A DNA stretch of 63,946 bases, the filler included, from Octopus bimaculoides (taxonomy: Eukaryota), in the NCBI RefSeq assembly GCF_001194135.2. It is 5 parts of 5 records of this genome, joined end to end, with 100 filler letters (N's around TTAATTAATTAA, not from the genome) between each part and the next. Parts side by side here need not be neighbours in the genome. Positions count along the whole stretch, not along the records: positions 43,628 to 53,780 come from NC_068993.1; positions 53,881 to 62,769 come from NC_068991.1; 3 more parts are not named here. One strand, written 5' to 3'. The notes below the pieces were generated by a model, which saw only the letters and a program-made list of their open reading frames with translations, was not told the DNA's origin and did no database searches. Numbering within the stretch: position 1 is the first letter of the stretch; each line of letters starts with the position of its first letter. Below, in pieces: positions 50,031-62,869 of the stretch. Both the position numbers and the translations under genes were made by a program.

Positions 50031-52439
50031 CGCTGCTCAATGAATCAATTTAGGCTTAGGTTGAATATAAAGTATTGCGTGGCAAAATCGTCGAGAAAAT
50101 AAAATAACGTTAATATAAATATTGTCGTAGGTAGAGGTAAATGGATAAGTAGACCAGTAACAATCGTTAATTTAATGTGTATAAATAATATAAATAAGCA
50201 GAATGGACAAATATCTTGAGTAATTCTACGTTAAATTTGATGGCTCGTCTTAGGATAACAAGTTATTGGTTTAAAGAGAAATTTACCCGTTATAATATTG
50301 GTTTCTAAGGATTTTTATTGACTAAAAATTATCGTGAAATGTGCGAATAAGTAAAGCGTTCAGAGTATGGTTTGTGTAATAAAATTATTTTCGCAAAATA
50401 TAGGTGACGTAAGACTAAATAAGTTGATGAAAGATAATGGAAATAATATACAGACATAAGGATATTGGCAAATGTCGTACTTTAATTATTGAATATAAAT
50501 ATATAGGAGATTTTTATAGCGAAAAAAACGGACAAAGTTAATATATAATGGTGGCTGCAGAGTGAAGAAAATCAGAAATGTTAAAAGTGAGGAAGAAGCT
50601 AAAGATTTTTATGCTAAGAATAATCGTTTTGTAGAAATACTTTTTTTTTAACACAATATAATTGGAAAAAGGAAAAGAATAAACGTGTGAAGTAGTAGTT
50701 GTATTAAAAGATTAAAAAAAAAAGTGCGTATTATATATATTATAGTAAAAAGTCTCAGACATGAATCAGATTGAATTATATCAACTCCGAAGTAGTTAGA
50801 GTGTAAGGAATTGTCGTAAAGGAAAACAGTGAGAACATAAATTTAACCTCGTCGTTAGTGCGAGCGAAATAAATGAGGCGATCAGTTAAAATGATTGACT
50901 TAATGAATATGAGAAAGGGAAATAGATAACTAGTGCAATTCAACCTCAAATTTACTGATTCGTCGTAGGACGACAAAAATTCTGGTGTTTTTGGAAAAAA
51001 GAAAAGAGCATTATCTATTGCTACATTAAAAGAATTTCAATGGTTTAAAGTTACCGAGAAAGTGTGAAGCAGTAATATATATATATAATGTAGAAGAGTG
51101 GTACGATCAGTAATAAAATTATATCACGTCATATGTAAGTTACATAAAAATAAGTAGGTTAATGACAGATAAAGTAACTAATATAAATAATATAGGAATA
51201 TCGTCACATGTTTTGGTTAAAGTGTCGAATAAAAATAAAATATGCTGAAGGGGAAAATATTTAATGGTGATTTAATAGTGATTAAAGTTATTTTCTTTAA
51301 ACATATCAAAATAATGAAAAGCAATTATAATAAATATAAAGTGAACGTAAGGATTAATATAAGTGTGAAAAATTAAAGAGCAAAGTATCTATCTAGTAGA
51401 GTGCTGTAGTTGGAACGTACGTAACTTAAAGTGTTATGGAGTTATATTGAGTAAAAATTAAAACTATTAATACGAAAGATAATGGAAGTATGATACTATA
51501 ATAAAGTGCTGAGAAGATCAAGACAAAATAATTGGATAGAGTAAGAAACGATATTAGAGATAAGAAGTGAATGAAGATCCAAAAATGCAAAGAATAATAA
51601 AGGGAAATAAAGTGAGGAGATAAAATATAATCAGGTTATATGCAACTGAATAACATAGAATAAATGATTTTAAAGTGGTAGCGAGGGAATATAATTAAAT
51701 GAATATATATTTAGCGGGAGATTATTACAAATAAAATAAAGACGACTAAAGTGAAAAATTGGCGGAGGCTTTTAGGAGAGTAGCTGTGTGTTGGATTATA
51801 AGTTTAGAAGCTAATCTTCAGGTTAGAGCTAAATCTAATTTAAATTAATAACTAAAGTTTAAAAATTGACCGGATAGGGGAATATGAGATTAAGAACATA
51901 TATGTAGTATAAAATAAAATAAAACTAAATATAATAGCTAAAATTCAAAGATAAAGGTTTTATAATTACAACTGGTGAAGTCCTGTGAGAGTTAATAGGT
52001 TTTGGCTTAAACAAAAAGGGCAACATTAATTGAAGTAAATTTTGAAAACAAAATTCTTTGCAATATTTATAGTTCAAAGGTTAGTTTTGTGCCACAGTCT
52101 GAAAAATGAAGGTGGAATATGGTGGGTCTAAAGAATTGGTCCAGTAATTCATTTAATAATGTCCGAGGTCTGCAGAGGATTTTATAGCTTTCGGCGTAGA
52201 GATTTTCGATATCTCATTTGTATAGGTTGCAATACTTTATGTTTATTTGAGATAGCTCCAGGCGTGACTGTATGATAAAAAGTCTCCTTCTCAAACTTCT
52301 TATTGTAGAAGACACTCGCCCAAGGTGCCACGCAGTAGAACTGAACTCGGAACCACCTAGTTGCTTCCCAAACAACAACAACAACAACAATATTACTAGA
52401 GCAACAAGTGGTTCATCTTAAATTGCCATAATTATTGGT

Positions 52440-53400
52440 TATAAATTTTTGGCATAAGGCCTAAAATTTTAGTGGAGGGGGCTAATCGATTACATCGACT
52501 CTCAGTTCTCAACTGGTACTTACTTCATCGACCCCGGAAGGATGAAAGGCAAAGTTGACGTCGGTGGAATTTGAACTCAGAACATAAATACAGACGAAAT
52601 ACTGCAAAGCATTTTGATCCGCCTACTAAAGATTCTGACAGCTCGCCGCCTTTATAAATTATCATAATTATTACCAGGCCGGTCGGCGAGCTGGCAGAAT
52701 CGTTAGCACACCGGGCGAAATGCTTAGCGGCATTTCGTCTGCCGTTACGCTCTGAGTTCAAATTCCGCCGAGGTCGAATTTGCTTTTCATCTTTTTGGGG
52801 TCGATTAAACAAGTACCAGTTACGCACTGGAGTCGATGTAGTCGACTTAATCTCTTTGTCTGTCCTTGTTTGTCTCCTCTATGTTTAGCCCCTTGTGGGC
52901 AATAAAGAAATAATTATTGCCAGGCAGAAAGGCGGCGAGTAGGCAGTAGCGTTAGCACGCCGAGCAAAACGTGTGGCGGCGTTTCTTCTGGCTAAACTTT
53001 CGTAGTTCGAATTCCACCGAAGTCGAATTTGCCTGTCATCCTTTTGGGGTCGATAAAATAAGTACCAGTTGAACACTGGAGTCAATGTAATCAACAGATC
53101 TCCTCCCCCAAGGCGGCGAGCTGGCAGAAACATTAGCACACCGGGCGAAATGCTTAGCGGTATTTCGTCTGCCGTTACGTTCTGAGTTCAAATTCCGCAG
53201 GGGTCGAATTTGCCTTTCATCCCTTCGGGGTCGATAAATTAAGGACAAGCTACACACTGGGGTCGATGTGATCGACTTAATCCCTTTGTCTGTCCTTGTT
53301 TGTCCCCTCTATGTTTAGCCCCTTGTGGGCAATAAAGAAATAAGATCCCCTCCCCTACAAATTTCTTGACCTGTGCCTATAGTGCAAAGAAAGAATTATT
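52440..53400. mobile_element. Cluster of four SINE family B copies (one minus, three plus, one of them nested)
   Basis: Well-preserved copies at about 52683-52912 and 53109-53345. Confidence 0.9.
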
Positions 53401-53476
53401 GCCAGTTCGAAGGTGGAACTCGAAACTTCATAAATATGTGTTTCTCGTCGTGGTAGTTGTTGTTGCTGATTAGGTA

Positions 53477-53780
53477 CGGTGTGAGGCAATTGAAATGGGC
53501 TGCTGGGGTTTTGTGGGGGCATTCATTCTGCAAAGCTGTGATAGTGCTTAGAATTACTGGTGCCTCAAAGAGGAAGGCCATAAATTCCATTGCTGAAGCT
53601 GCAGAGAAAGCCATTGGTTGACTTTGGATTAAGAGGGCAGAATGGTGCTGTTGTTACTGGGATGCAAGCTGGGATTTCATCAACCCCGGGTGTGTAAACT
53701 GAGTGAGATGGGTCTGACGTTGCGAGGCCCTTCCCTCGCAAACGAAACCCTCCCTGAGAGCCTAGAAATATCGCTGACGG
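53477..53780 (+). mobile_element. HERO-like RLE non-LTR retrotransposon 3' end
   Basis: RCEAIEMGCWGFVG/HSFCK..ITGASKRKAINSIAEAAEKAIG*LWIKR followed by 3' UTR. Confidence 0.65.
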
Positions 53781-53880
53781 NNNNNNNNNNNNNNNNNNNN
53801 NNNNNNNNNNNNNNNNNNNNNNNNTTAATTAATTAANNNNNNNNNNNNNNNNNNNNNNNNNNNNNNNNNNNNNNNNNNNN
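53781..53880. other. Assembly spacer 44N-TTAATTAATTAA-44N
   Basis: Identical spacer. Confidence 0.95.
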
Positions 53881-54206
53881 ATATATATATATATATATAT
53901 ATAGATATAGATAGATAGATAGATATAGTTGCTTATATCGGCCTTCTGTTCTTCGGTGGGATAATCCAGGATAGATGAAAGGCAAAAGAATTGAACTTGA
54001 TAGGACTTGAACTGAGAATGCAAGATAAAAGAGCTTTAGCAAACCATTTGCTGTCACTCTCTACCGATTTCGCTAATGCATTGCCAACAGTAAATCTATG
54101 CAAAAATAATAAAATAAAAAGAAAAAAAAAAGAAAAATTTCTACCGTTTCTTATATTTTAATGTTTCTTACATAAAATGTGTAGTAATGAATGTAATAAC
54201 ATGATG

Positions 54207-54243
<37 letters not shown>

Positions 54244-55969
54244 TAATAATGATGGTGATGATGATGATGATGATGACAATGGTGATGTTGATGATAATGA
54301 CGACAAGCGTTCGTGAGCAACGACAACAGCGACAACAATAAATATGGTAATTAGTTTAGGCCAACTCTTAATATGATATAACACTAGTGAACACCCTTGT
54401 GTAATAAATATGACACTCGGAGAATGAAAATTTGCAATTAATAATTGGTTTTCGTTACGCTGAAATAAATCCAGGAAAAATGGCTAAACAAAGCATATCC
54501 GTGCACGGTAGAGAATTACTATGTAATCAACACTTGATATATATATATATGTATATATNNNNNNNNNNNNNNNNNNNNNNNNNNNNNNNNNNNNNNNNNN
54601 NNNNNNNNNNNNNNNNNNNNNNNNNNNNNNNNNNNNNNNNNNNNNNNNNNNNNNNNNNNNNNNNNNNNNNNNNNNNNNNNNNNNNNNNNNNNNNNNNNNN
54701 NNNNNNNNNNNNNNNNNNNNNNNNNNNNNNNNNNNNNNNNNNNNNNNNNNNNNNNNNNNNNNNNNNNNNNNNNNNNNNNNNNNNNNNNNNNNNNNNNNNN
54801 NNNNNNNNNNNNNNNNNNNNNNNNNTATATATATATATATTGAGATTCCAACAGGCTTTTATCCACTGCATCACAGACAATGATATATATGTATAATCAA
54901 CCGTGAGTGAACATGAGACATGAATTATATACTGAATCATTTCAAATATTCAAATAGTGGAAGATACATACATACATACAAACATACATACATACACACA
55001 TGCACATATGTATATATACATACATGTACTCATACAGTTATATATATTATATTCTGCGGCTTCAAAAATAGTAGATCTATGTTTCATGTAACCGATTCTT
55101 CATACGACTGAAATTAATTGTAGCGTTGCAATACACAAAACAAATCTATTTGAAAATACATCACGATGTAATAAGTTAGCGGTACAATTGCGAGATTGTG
55201 GGTTCGATTCCCAAACCGGGCGTTGCGTTGTGTTCTTGATCAAAGCACTTCATTTCACGTTGCTCTGCGATCATTTCGTCAGATATACACACACACATGC
55301 GTAAGTGTGTGTGTGTATTTGTGTGCTATGTATGTGTGTGTGTGTGTGTGTATTTGTATGCTTATGCGTGTATGTTAATTGTTTGAAGTTGATGTACCAG
55401 TCCGGTGCTTTTCTGAGTTTCAACGATCCTCTCCTAAAAGTGGGACTGAATTTGAAACATTAAAATCACAAGGAGTTTTAAGATTGATGTTGAATCGCTA
55501 AACGACAACACATTTCTAGCATTTAATTCGTACAGGATAAAAATCATGTCTGCTACATACTCCTCGGCAACAAATGTTATAAATAGCACCACATGTCATG
55601 TCTGTCATACGAAAAGAAGTGACCAATGAAGATCGAGCAAATAGGTGAGAACTCGACCTGCTAAAAGTAACAACCGAGTTTGAATCAAGTCACACCTTAG
55701 CGTTTTATAAAACGAAGCGCAAGACAATGAATGAGTTTCAATGTCGACGCTTGACCGGCTAGACATAACAACGAAATGACTTTCAAATCACATACAACTG
55801 CTTTAAAAAGAAGGTATAGCGTATTAAACGATATTAGTTGGAGATATGTGAAAAGACTTGATTGCTGTGATTGGATTGACTTTGATTACTTGTCTGCTTA
55901 AGTCTCGAAGCCCTAGGGTTAAACAACAACAGCAAGAGGTAGTGTACCTTTGACGATTTTGTTCTGCTT

Positions 55970-56010
<41 letters not shown>

Positions 56011-56209
56011 CGCATATGCACAAAACATACAAGCACTCACACACATACATACACGCACATATTCGCGTATATTCATATGTTACACACACAGAAAACAGGG
56101 CAAGTGTCACATTAGGTGTTCTGAATCGAACCGGTTATTAACATTTTTTCACCAGAATGGAAATCTGTTAGGTTCTTCTTTTTGATGGACGCCAAAGACA
56201 GACTTACTC

Positions 56210-56920
56210 TTTACTCTTTTTACTCTTTTACTTGTTTCAGTCATTTGACTGCGGCCATGCTGGAGCACCGCCTTTTAGTCGAGTAAATCGAACTCCAGGA
56301 CTTATTCTTTGGAAGCCTAGTACTAATTCTATCGACCTCTTTTGCCGAATCGCTAAGTTACGGGGACGTAAACACACCAGCATCGGTTGTCAAGCGATGT
56401 TGGGGGGGGGGACAAACACAGACACAAACATATACACACACATACATATATATTCGCCATGATAGATCGCTGACCACTACATTTATATCTTTTTTCTCCT
56501 TGTTTCTTTCCGTGTTCCTTTCAGTTGAAGAGNNNNNNNNNNNNNNNNNNNNNNNNNNNNNNNNNNNNNNNNNNNNNNNNNNNNNNNNNNNNNNNNNNNN
56601 NNNNNNNNNNNNNNNNNNNNNNNNNNNNNNNNNNNNNNNNNNNNNNNNNNNNNNNNNNNNNNNNNNNNNNNNNNNNNNNNNNNNNNNNNNNNNNNNNNNN
56701 NNNNNNNNNNNNNNNNNNNNNNNNNNNNNNNNNNNNNNNNNNNNNNNNNNNNNNATACGTCGGGCTTCTTTCAGTTTCCGTCTACCAAATCCACTCACAA
56801 GGCTTTGGTCGGCCCGAGGCTACAGTAGAAGACACTTGTCCAAGGTGCCTCGCAATGGGAATGAATCCGGAAAACCTTGTGGTTGGTAAGCAAGCTACTT
56901 ACCACACAGCCACTCCTACG
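56210..56920 (-). mobile_element. SINE family A interrupted by a family P2 repeat start and a gap
   Basis: 3' half at 56210-56430, 5' half at 56756-56920; ..gtgttcctttcagttgaagag at about 56512-56532. Confidence 0.75.
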
Positions 56921-57704
56921 CCTATTCGAAAAAATTTATGATATCAGTTAAGACACCAATTCAAATGTCTTTCCTTTCTTCACAGACATTTCAGCCATCC
57001 TTTTAATGTCTTCAAGTGAAAATTAATCACTCTCTGTGTACGCTGCTAGAATTTTCTATTGTAATATTAAATTCCCTGAACATATATAACGTATTTTTAT
57101 TATACTAAGAGTACAGAAATATACATGAATGTTTATACCTATACGTACACAGTTACATGATTGCGTTTATGTATGCACGCGCGTGTGTGTATGAATGCAT
57201 GTAGTTGCGTATAGGTTTAAATGTGTATTGCGTGTATATTCCCATCAATCTACTGCGTTGACTGTTTTTAACTCGTCACCTCTTTATTCTTTATTCTCCC
57301 ACATAATACTTTAACCTTTCAGTGTAATTGCAACTTTATGGGTGGTTGTTTGATGTATTGTATTTTATCACACCCCTGCCTCTCTTCTCCTTCATAGACT
57401 GTTATTAGAGTTCGAAACGACGCGTTTATCTACTTTCTCGTTCAACATTAAAAAAAAAAATAATAACTCTACTTGATTCTTCTACTCATGCTTGGCGAAC
57501 CCTTATGCATATTTTAATAAAGTGATATTTTACTGTCGAATTCAGGTTCTTTTATACAGAGCACGTGGTTAGAATTTCCACAGCTCGAAGAAGCTGTTGT
57601 TAAAATCATGCCAGCCGAGCAAAACTAGTAAAAAGTTTTGGCCACGCAGTAAATGCATGTATATGTAAGTGTGTGTGTGTGTATGTGAGTGCGTCTGCGC
57701 GAAC

Positions 57705-57737
<33 letters not shown>

Positions 57738-57877
57738 TATACATACTCTAACATCACACACATGTATATATTATACATATAAACTAATGTACACGTTATA
57801 TATATATAACGTGTGTGTGTGTATGTGTGTATATATAACGTGTATATTAGTTTATATGTATGCATACACGTGTGTGA

Positions 57878-57908
<31 letters not shown>

Positions 57909-58909
57909 NNNNNNNNNNNNNNNNNNNNNNNNNNNNNNNNNNNNNNNNNNNNNNNNNNNNNNNNNNNNNNNNNNNNNNNNNNNNNNNNNNNNNNNNNNNN
58001 NNNNNNNNNNNNNNNNNNNNNNNNNNNNNNNNNNNNNNNNNNNNNNNNNNNNNNNNNNNNNNNNNNNNNNNNNNNNNNNNNNNNNNNNNNNNNNNNNNNN
58101 NNNNNNNNNNNNNNNNNNNNNNNNNNNNNNNNNNNNNNNNNNNNNNNNNNNNNNNNNNNNNNNNNNNNNNNNNNNNNNNNNNNNNNNNNNNNNNNNNNNN
58201 NNNNNNNNNNNNNNNNNNNNNNNNNNNNNNNNNNNNNNNNNNNNNNNNNNNNNNNNNNNNNNNNNNNNNNNNNNNNNNNNNNNNNNNNNNNNNNNNNNNN
58301 NNNNNNNNNNNNNNNNNNNNNNNNNNNNNNNNNNNNNNNNNNNNNNNNNNNNNNNNNNNNNNNNNNNNNNNNNNNNNNNNNNNNNNNNNNNNNNNNNNNN
58401 NNNNNNNNNNNNNNNNNNNNNNNNNNNNNNNNNNNNNNNNNNNNNNNNNNNNNNNNNNNNNNNNNNNNNNNNNNNNNNNNNNNNNNNNNNNNNNNNNNNN
58501 NNNNNNGTCAGATTGCTTGTTTGCACTGTTACCAGTTTAAGTATCCTGTTGAGAGGACGATGTCTTCCAGAACAGGAAAGACTGTGTGATATCGTTGTTA
58601 ACATATTTTATCACGATTTTACTGTCAATAAACAATATCTCTAAGGTCGTATATTGATTGCATTGCTTCCTCTTGGATTTTACTATCTACATCGTTTGTT
58701 ATGTCTGTCTGTCTGTCTGTATGTATGTATGTATGTGTGTATTGTGCGTGTGTTTATGAATGTATATATATATACGAATGTATGTTATGTTTGTATGCGT
58801 GTATTAATGTATATTTATATGTATACCAATACATACATACATACATACATACATATATTCATACATACATACATACATACATACATACATGCATACATGC
58901 ATACATATA

Positions 58910-59095
58910 TACGCTGCCCAGTGGATGTTAACATAAAGCTAAAGATCAGCGAAAAAGAAAATACCTAGCCTGAACTGTTGAGGAATTTGTAGTTACTCTA
59001 TCCAGATTACAAGTTCAGGTTTATACCGGTAATTATTGGGGCACCCTGCCTAAGTACCAATCTCGAGAAATTAGGCTTCTCAAAACTAGAAAGTC
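58910..59095 (+). mobile_element. RLE non-LTR retrotransposon C-terminal fragment
   Basis: CPVDVNIKLKISEKENT*PELLRNL*LLYPDYKFRFIPVIIGA. Confidence 0.6.
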
Positions 59096-60228
59096 TAACA
59101 GTCACTTACTTGGCCATGTAACTTTATAACTCGTAAGTTACCTCATCGTTTCGCATTTGTCTTGCTTCTATATGTTGGTTCCTTGACGATGAATACATGT
59201 GGAATTCCAGCAGCTCTTACTTCTTTGGAGTAGTGTACACATATATTTTGAAACATGTGTAGGAATTAAAGGAACTTCTATTTATATGCGTTTTACTCCA
59301 TTTATTGTTATTACTTATATATNNNNNNNNNNNNNNNNNNNNNNNNNNNNNNNNNNNNNNNNNNNNNNNNNNNNNNNNNNNNNNNNNNNNNNNNNNNNNN
59401 NNNNNNNNNNNNNNNNNNNNNNNNNNNNNNNNNNNNNNNNNNNNNNNNNNNNNNNNNNNNNNNNNNNNNNNNNNNNNNNNNNNNNNNNNNNNNNNNNNNN
59501 NNNNNNNNNNNNNNNNNNNNNNNNNNNNNNNNNNNNNNNNNNNNNNNNNNNNNNNNNNNNNNNNNNNNNNNNNNNNNNNNNNNNNNNNNNNNNNNNNNNN
59601 NNNNNNNNNNNNNNNNNNNNNNNNNNNNNNNNNNNNNNNNNNNNNNNNNNNNNNNNNNNNNNNNNNNNNNNNNNNNNNNNNNNNNNNNNNNNNNNNNNNN
59701 NNNNNNNNNNNNNNNNNNNNNNNNNNNNNNNNNNNNNNNNNNNNNNNNNNNNNNNNNNNNNNNNNNNNNNNNNNNNNNNNNNNNNNNNNNNNNNNNNNNN
59801 NNNNNNNNNNNNNNNNNNNNNNNNNNNNNNNNNNNNNNNNNNNNNNNNNNNNNNNNNNNNNNNNNNNNNNNNNNNNNNNNNNNNNNNNNNNNNNNNNNNN
59901 NNNNNNNNNNNNNNNNNNNNNNNNNNNNNNNNNNNNNNNNNNNNNNNNNNNNNNNNNNNNNNNNNNNNNNNNNNNNNNNNNNNNNNNNNNNNNNNNNNNN
60001 NNNNNNNNNNNNNNNNNNNNNNNNNNNNNNNNNNNNNNNNNNNNNNNNNNNNNNNNNNNNNNNNNNNNNNNNNNNNNNNNNNNNNNNNNNNNNNNNNNNN
60101 NNNNNNNNNNNNNNNNNNNNNNNNNNNNNNNNNNNNNNNNNNNNNNNNNNNNNNNNNNNNNNNNNNNNNNNNNNNNNNNNNNNNNNNNNNNNNNNNNNNN
60201 NNNNNNNNNNNNNNNNNNNNNNNNNNNN

Positions 60229-60281
<53 letters not shown>

Positions 60282-60292
60282 CTATATATATC

Positions 60293-60323
<31 letters not shown>

Positions 60324-61203
60324 GTTTCTATACGTATGTACACGTAACGTATGCTTCATGAGCACATGTACACATACCCGTAGGCTATGGATGTCATTGC
60401 ATATGTGGATCTTATTACACGTTGAATGGCATGAGAGTTTAATATATTTCGACAGCTTGTAGCTGTATATAACCATGTATGTACGTATGTATGTACGTAT
60501 GTATGTACGTATGTATGTACGTATATGTGTATGTATTATGCATTATGTATGTTTTGCATTTTTTTTTTTCTGTTTCAGTAGTCGAATTTCTCACCATTGG
60601 AAAATAAGTCGGTTTCTATGTTTGTATATCAATATCTGCTTGTATATTAATCATAAACTGTAATCCAACTCGCCACAAAGACAGAATTATTATATTTAGT
60701 ATCAATTGAAAACCGTTCTAGAGGAGACTGGAGATTATTTGCGGGTCAAAATTATCATCATTTTATTTTTCTAAAAGGAATATCAGAAAAAGAAAACAGA
60801 AACCTCACCAACATAAACTATGGCATCGTAGCAAAGTTTCTGTGTGGGTTCAATGTTTATATTAATGCAATAAATATTAGTCTTGTTCAAATATGTCTCA
60901 CAGAATTGAATTGCAGAAAGATGAGCCGATGCGGTAATCGAATGAACGTCCATGTGGCCGTTGAACTTGCTTGAAAGATCAGCCAAAATTGGATTTAAGT
61001 CACACACTAAAACACGAACGATAGACCGGATTGTATATGCCCAAGGTAAGCAGACAGATGGGTGACTCATGTTTGGAACGTTTTGGGGCATAGGTCTACC
61101 GGATCAGACATGTCTAGAGACTAAACTATGACAACAAGGAATTATGTACATTATTTACATTATTTATAATTGACGGATATTTGTCTTCATCTTGTTTGTT
61201 GTT

Positions 61204-61249
61204 AACACAACGTTTCGGCTGATATACCCTCCAGCCTTCATCAGGTGTC
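61204..61249 (-). ncRNA. Minimal type I hammerhead ribozyme motif (inverted copy)
   Basis: gacac-CUGAUGA-a-ggcug(loop)cagcc-GAAA-c-GUU-guguu; 5-bp stem I. Confidence 0.8.
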
Positions 61250-61290
61250 TTGGGGAAATTTCGGACCCTGGGTTCTCATTTCTATGCCGT

Positions 61291-61362
61291 GGGCATATGG
61301 CGTAGTGGTTAAGAGCGCGGGCTACTAACCTCAAGATTCCGAGTTCGATTTCAGGCAGTGAC
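61291..61362 (+). promoter_or_regulatory. tRNA-derived head with Pol III A and B boxes
   Basis: A-box TGGCGTAGTGG (61298-61308), B-box-like AGTTCGATTTC; unpaired acceptor stem and no CCA, so not a functional tRNA. Confidence 0.75.
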
Positions 61363-61363
61363 T

Positions 61364-61426
<63 letters not shown>

Positions 61427-61473
61427 TCGAAAAATACCTTAAAAATGAGAACCCCGGTTCGAAATTTTCCCAA

Positions 61474-61519
61474 GACATCTGATGAAGGCTGGCGGGTATA
61501 TCAGCCGAAACGTTGTGTT
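61474..61519 (+). ncRNA. Minimal type I hammerhead ribozyme motif
   Basis: gacau-CUGAUGA(61479-61485)-a-ggcug..cagcc-GAAA(61507-61510)-c-GUU-guguu; predicted cut after 61514. Confidence 0.8.
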
Positions 61520-62182
61520 AACAACAAACAAGATGAGGACAAATATCCGTCAAATGTAAATAAAGTAAATAGGAGTTTTAGGTATGCTGGATCAAAGTTG
61601 ATCTGGATTCAAGCCACAATAAGAATAACAGAAGCAGCAGAAGTAAAACTTATTCTATTGGGTCATATGTGTCCTTGTTCTAAACAACGACAATAACAAC
61701 ATCAGAAAGCGTAGCATTAAATATGGTGGATCAACAACACAACAATAACAGCAATAATCGTTGACCATCAGTTAAACCACGGCAACAACAACAACAAAAA
61801 CAACAATACTAGGTTAACTAGAACAGAATTGACCTCGGTTAAACAACAAAAGAACAACAACGACAAAAACAACAAAAGTCTAAATAAACTAGAAATAGCA
61901 ACCAAGGAGGGCGCCTCTCGAAATGCTAGAAATAGTAGCCGAAGAGCACTTTCAAGTCGACATCTGATGTGGCCCTTCGATATGCCAGGGACCACATAGG
62001 GTATCCACAGAAATATTGGGGTGGGGGGTGGGGGTCAAGAAACTGTTACGAGGAATTTGATGCTTACTTATTGACACCGAAATGATGAAAAGCGTTTGAA
62101 TTCAGAACGCAAAGACTCTTTTCAAGAAACGCTACTAAGCATTTTGTCCTACGCGATAAAGATTCTGACAGCTCACCATCTC

Positions 62183-62194
62183 AGTAGTAGTAGC

Positions 62195-62246
<52 letters not shown>

Positions 62247-62339
62247 ATTATGACAATGATGATTACGATGGTGATGTTAATTTCCCTCTTGTCTGTGCTT
62301 TACATACCGTTGTTCTGTTAGTCATTCAACAACTACTAT

Positions 62340-62380
<41 letters not shown>

Positions 62381-62465
62381 ATACTACTACTACTACTTAT
62401 ACTACTACCACCACCACCACTACTACAACTACCACCACCACCACTACCACCACCACCATCACCAT

Positions 62466-62496
<31 letters not shown>

Positions 62497-62652
62497 TATA
62501 CTACTACCACCACCACCACTACCACCACCACCACTACTACAACTACCACCAGCACCACCACCACCAGCACCACCACCACTACTACTACAACTACTACTAC
62601 CACCACTACTATCACCACCACCACCACCACCACCACCTACACTACCACCACT

Positions 62653-62710
<58 letters not shown>

Positions 62711-62712
62711 AC
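62183..62712. repeat. (AGT)n and (ACT/ACC)n trinucleotide low-complexity arrays
   Basis: Direct inspection. Confidence 0.95.
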
Positions 62713-62769
62713 TTTTTTTGTTTCAAAATCCTATTTTTATTCTTGAATTTTACCCCTCCTTCTTCTTGA

Positions 62770-62869
62770 NNNNNNNNNNNNNNNNNNNNNNNNNNNNNNN
62801 NNNNNNNNNNNNNTTAATTAATTAANNNNNNNNNNNNNNNNNNNNNNNNNNNNNNNNNNNNNNNNNNNN
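62770..62869. other. Assembly spacer 44N-TTAATTAATTAA-44N
   Basis: Identical spacer. Confidence 0.95.

Noticed and set aside
61291-61362. Possible tRNA gene (ACT anticodon-like loop)
   Set aside because: Acceptor and anticodon stems do not pair properly and it runs into (AAT)n; treated as a SINE-type head
61768-61995. Asn/Lys-rich open frame on plus and 75-aa ORF on minus
   Set aside because: Low complexity (AAC-rich); no Dmbx C-terminal or other recognisable motif
62096-62746. 216-aa Ser/Leu/Pro-rich ORF
   Set aside because: Translation of trinucleotide microsatellites
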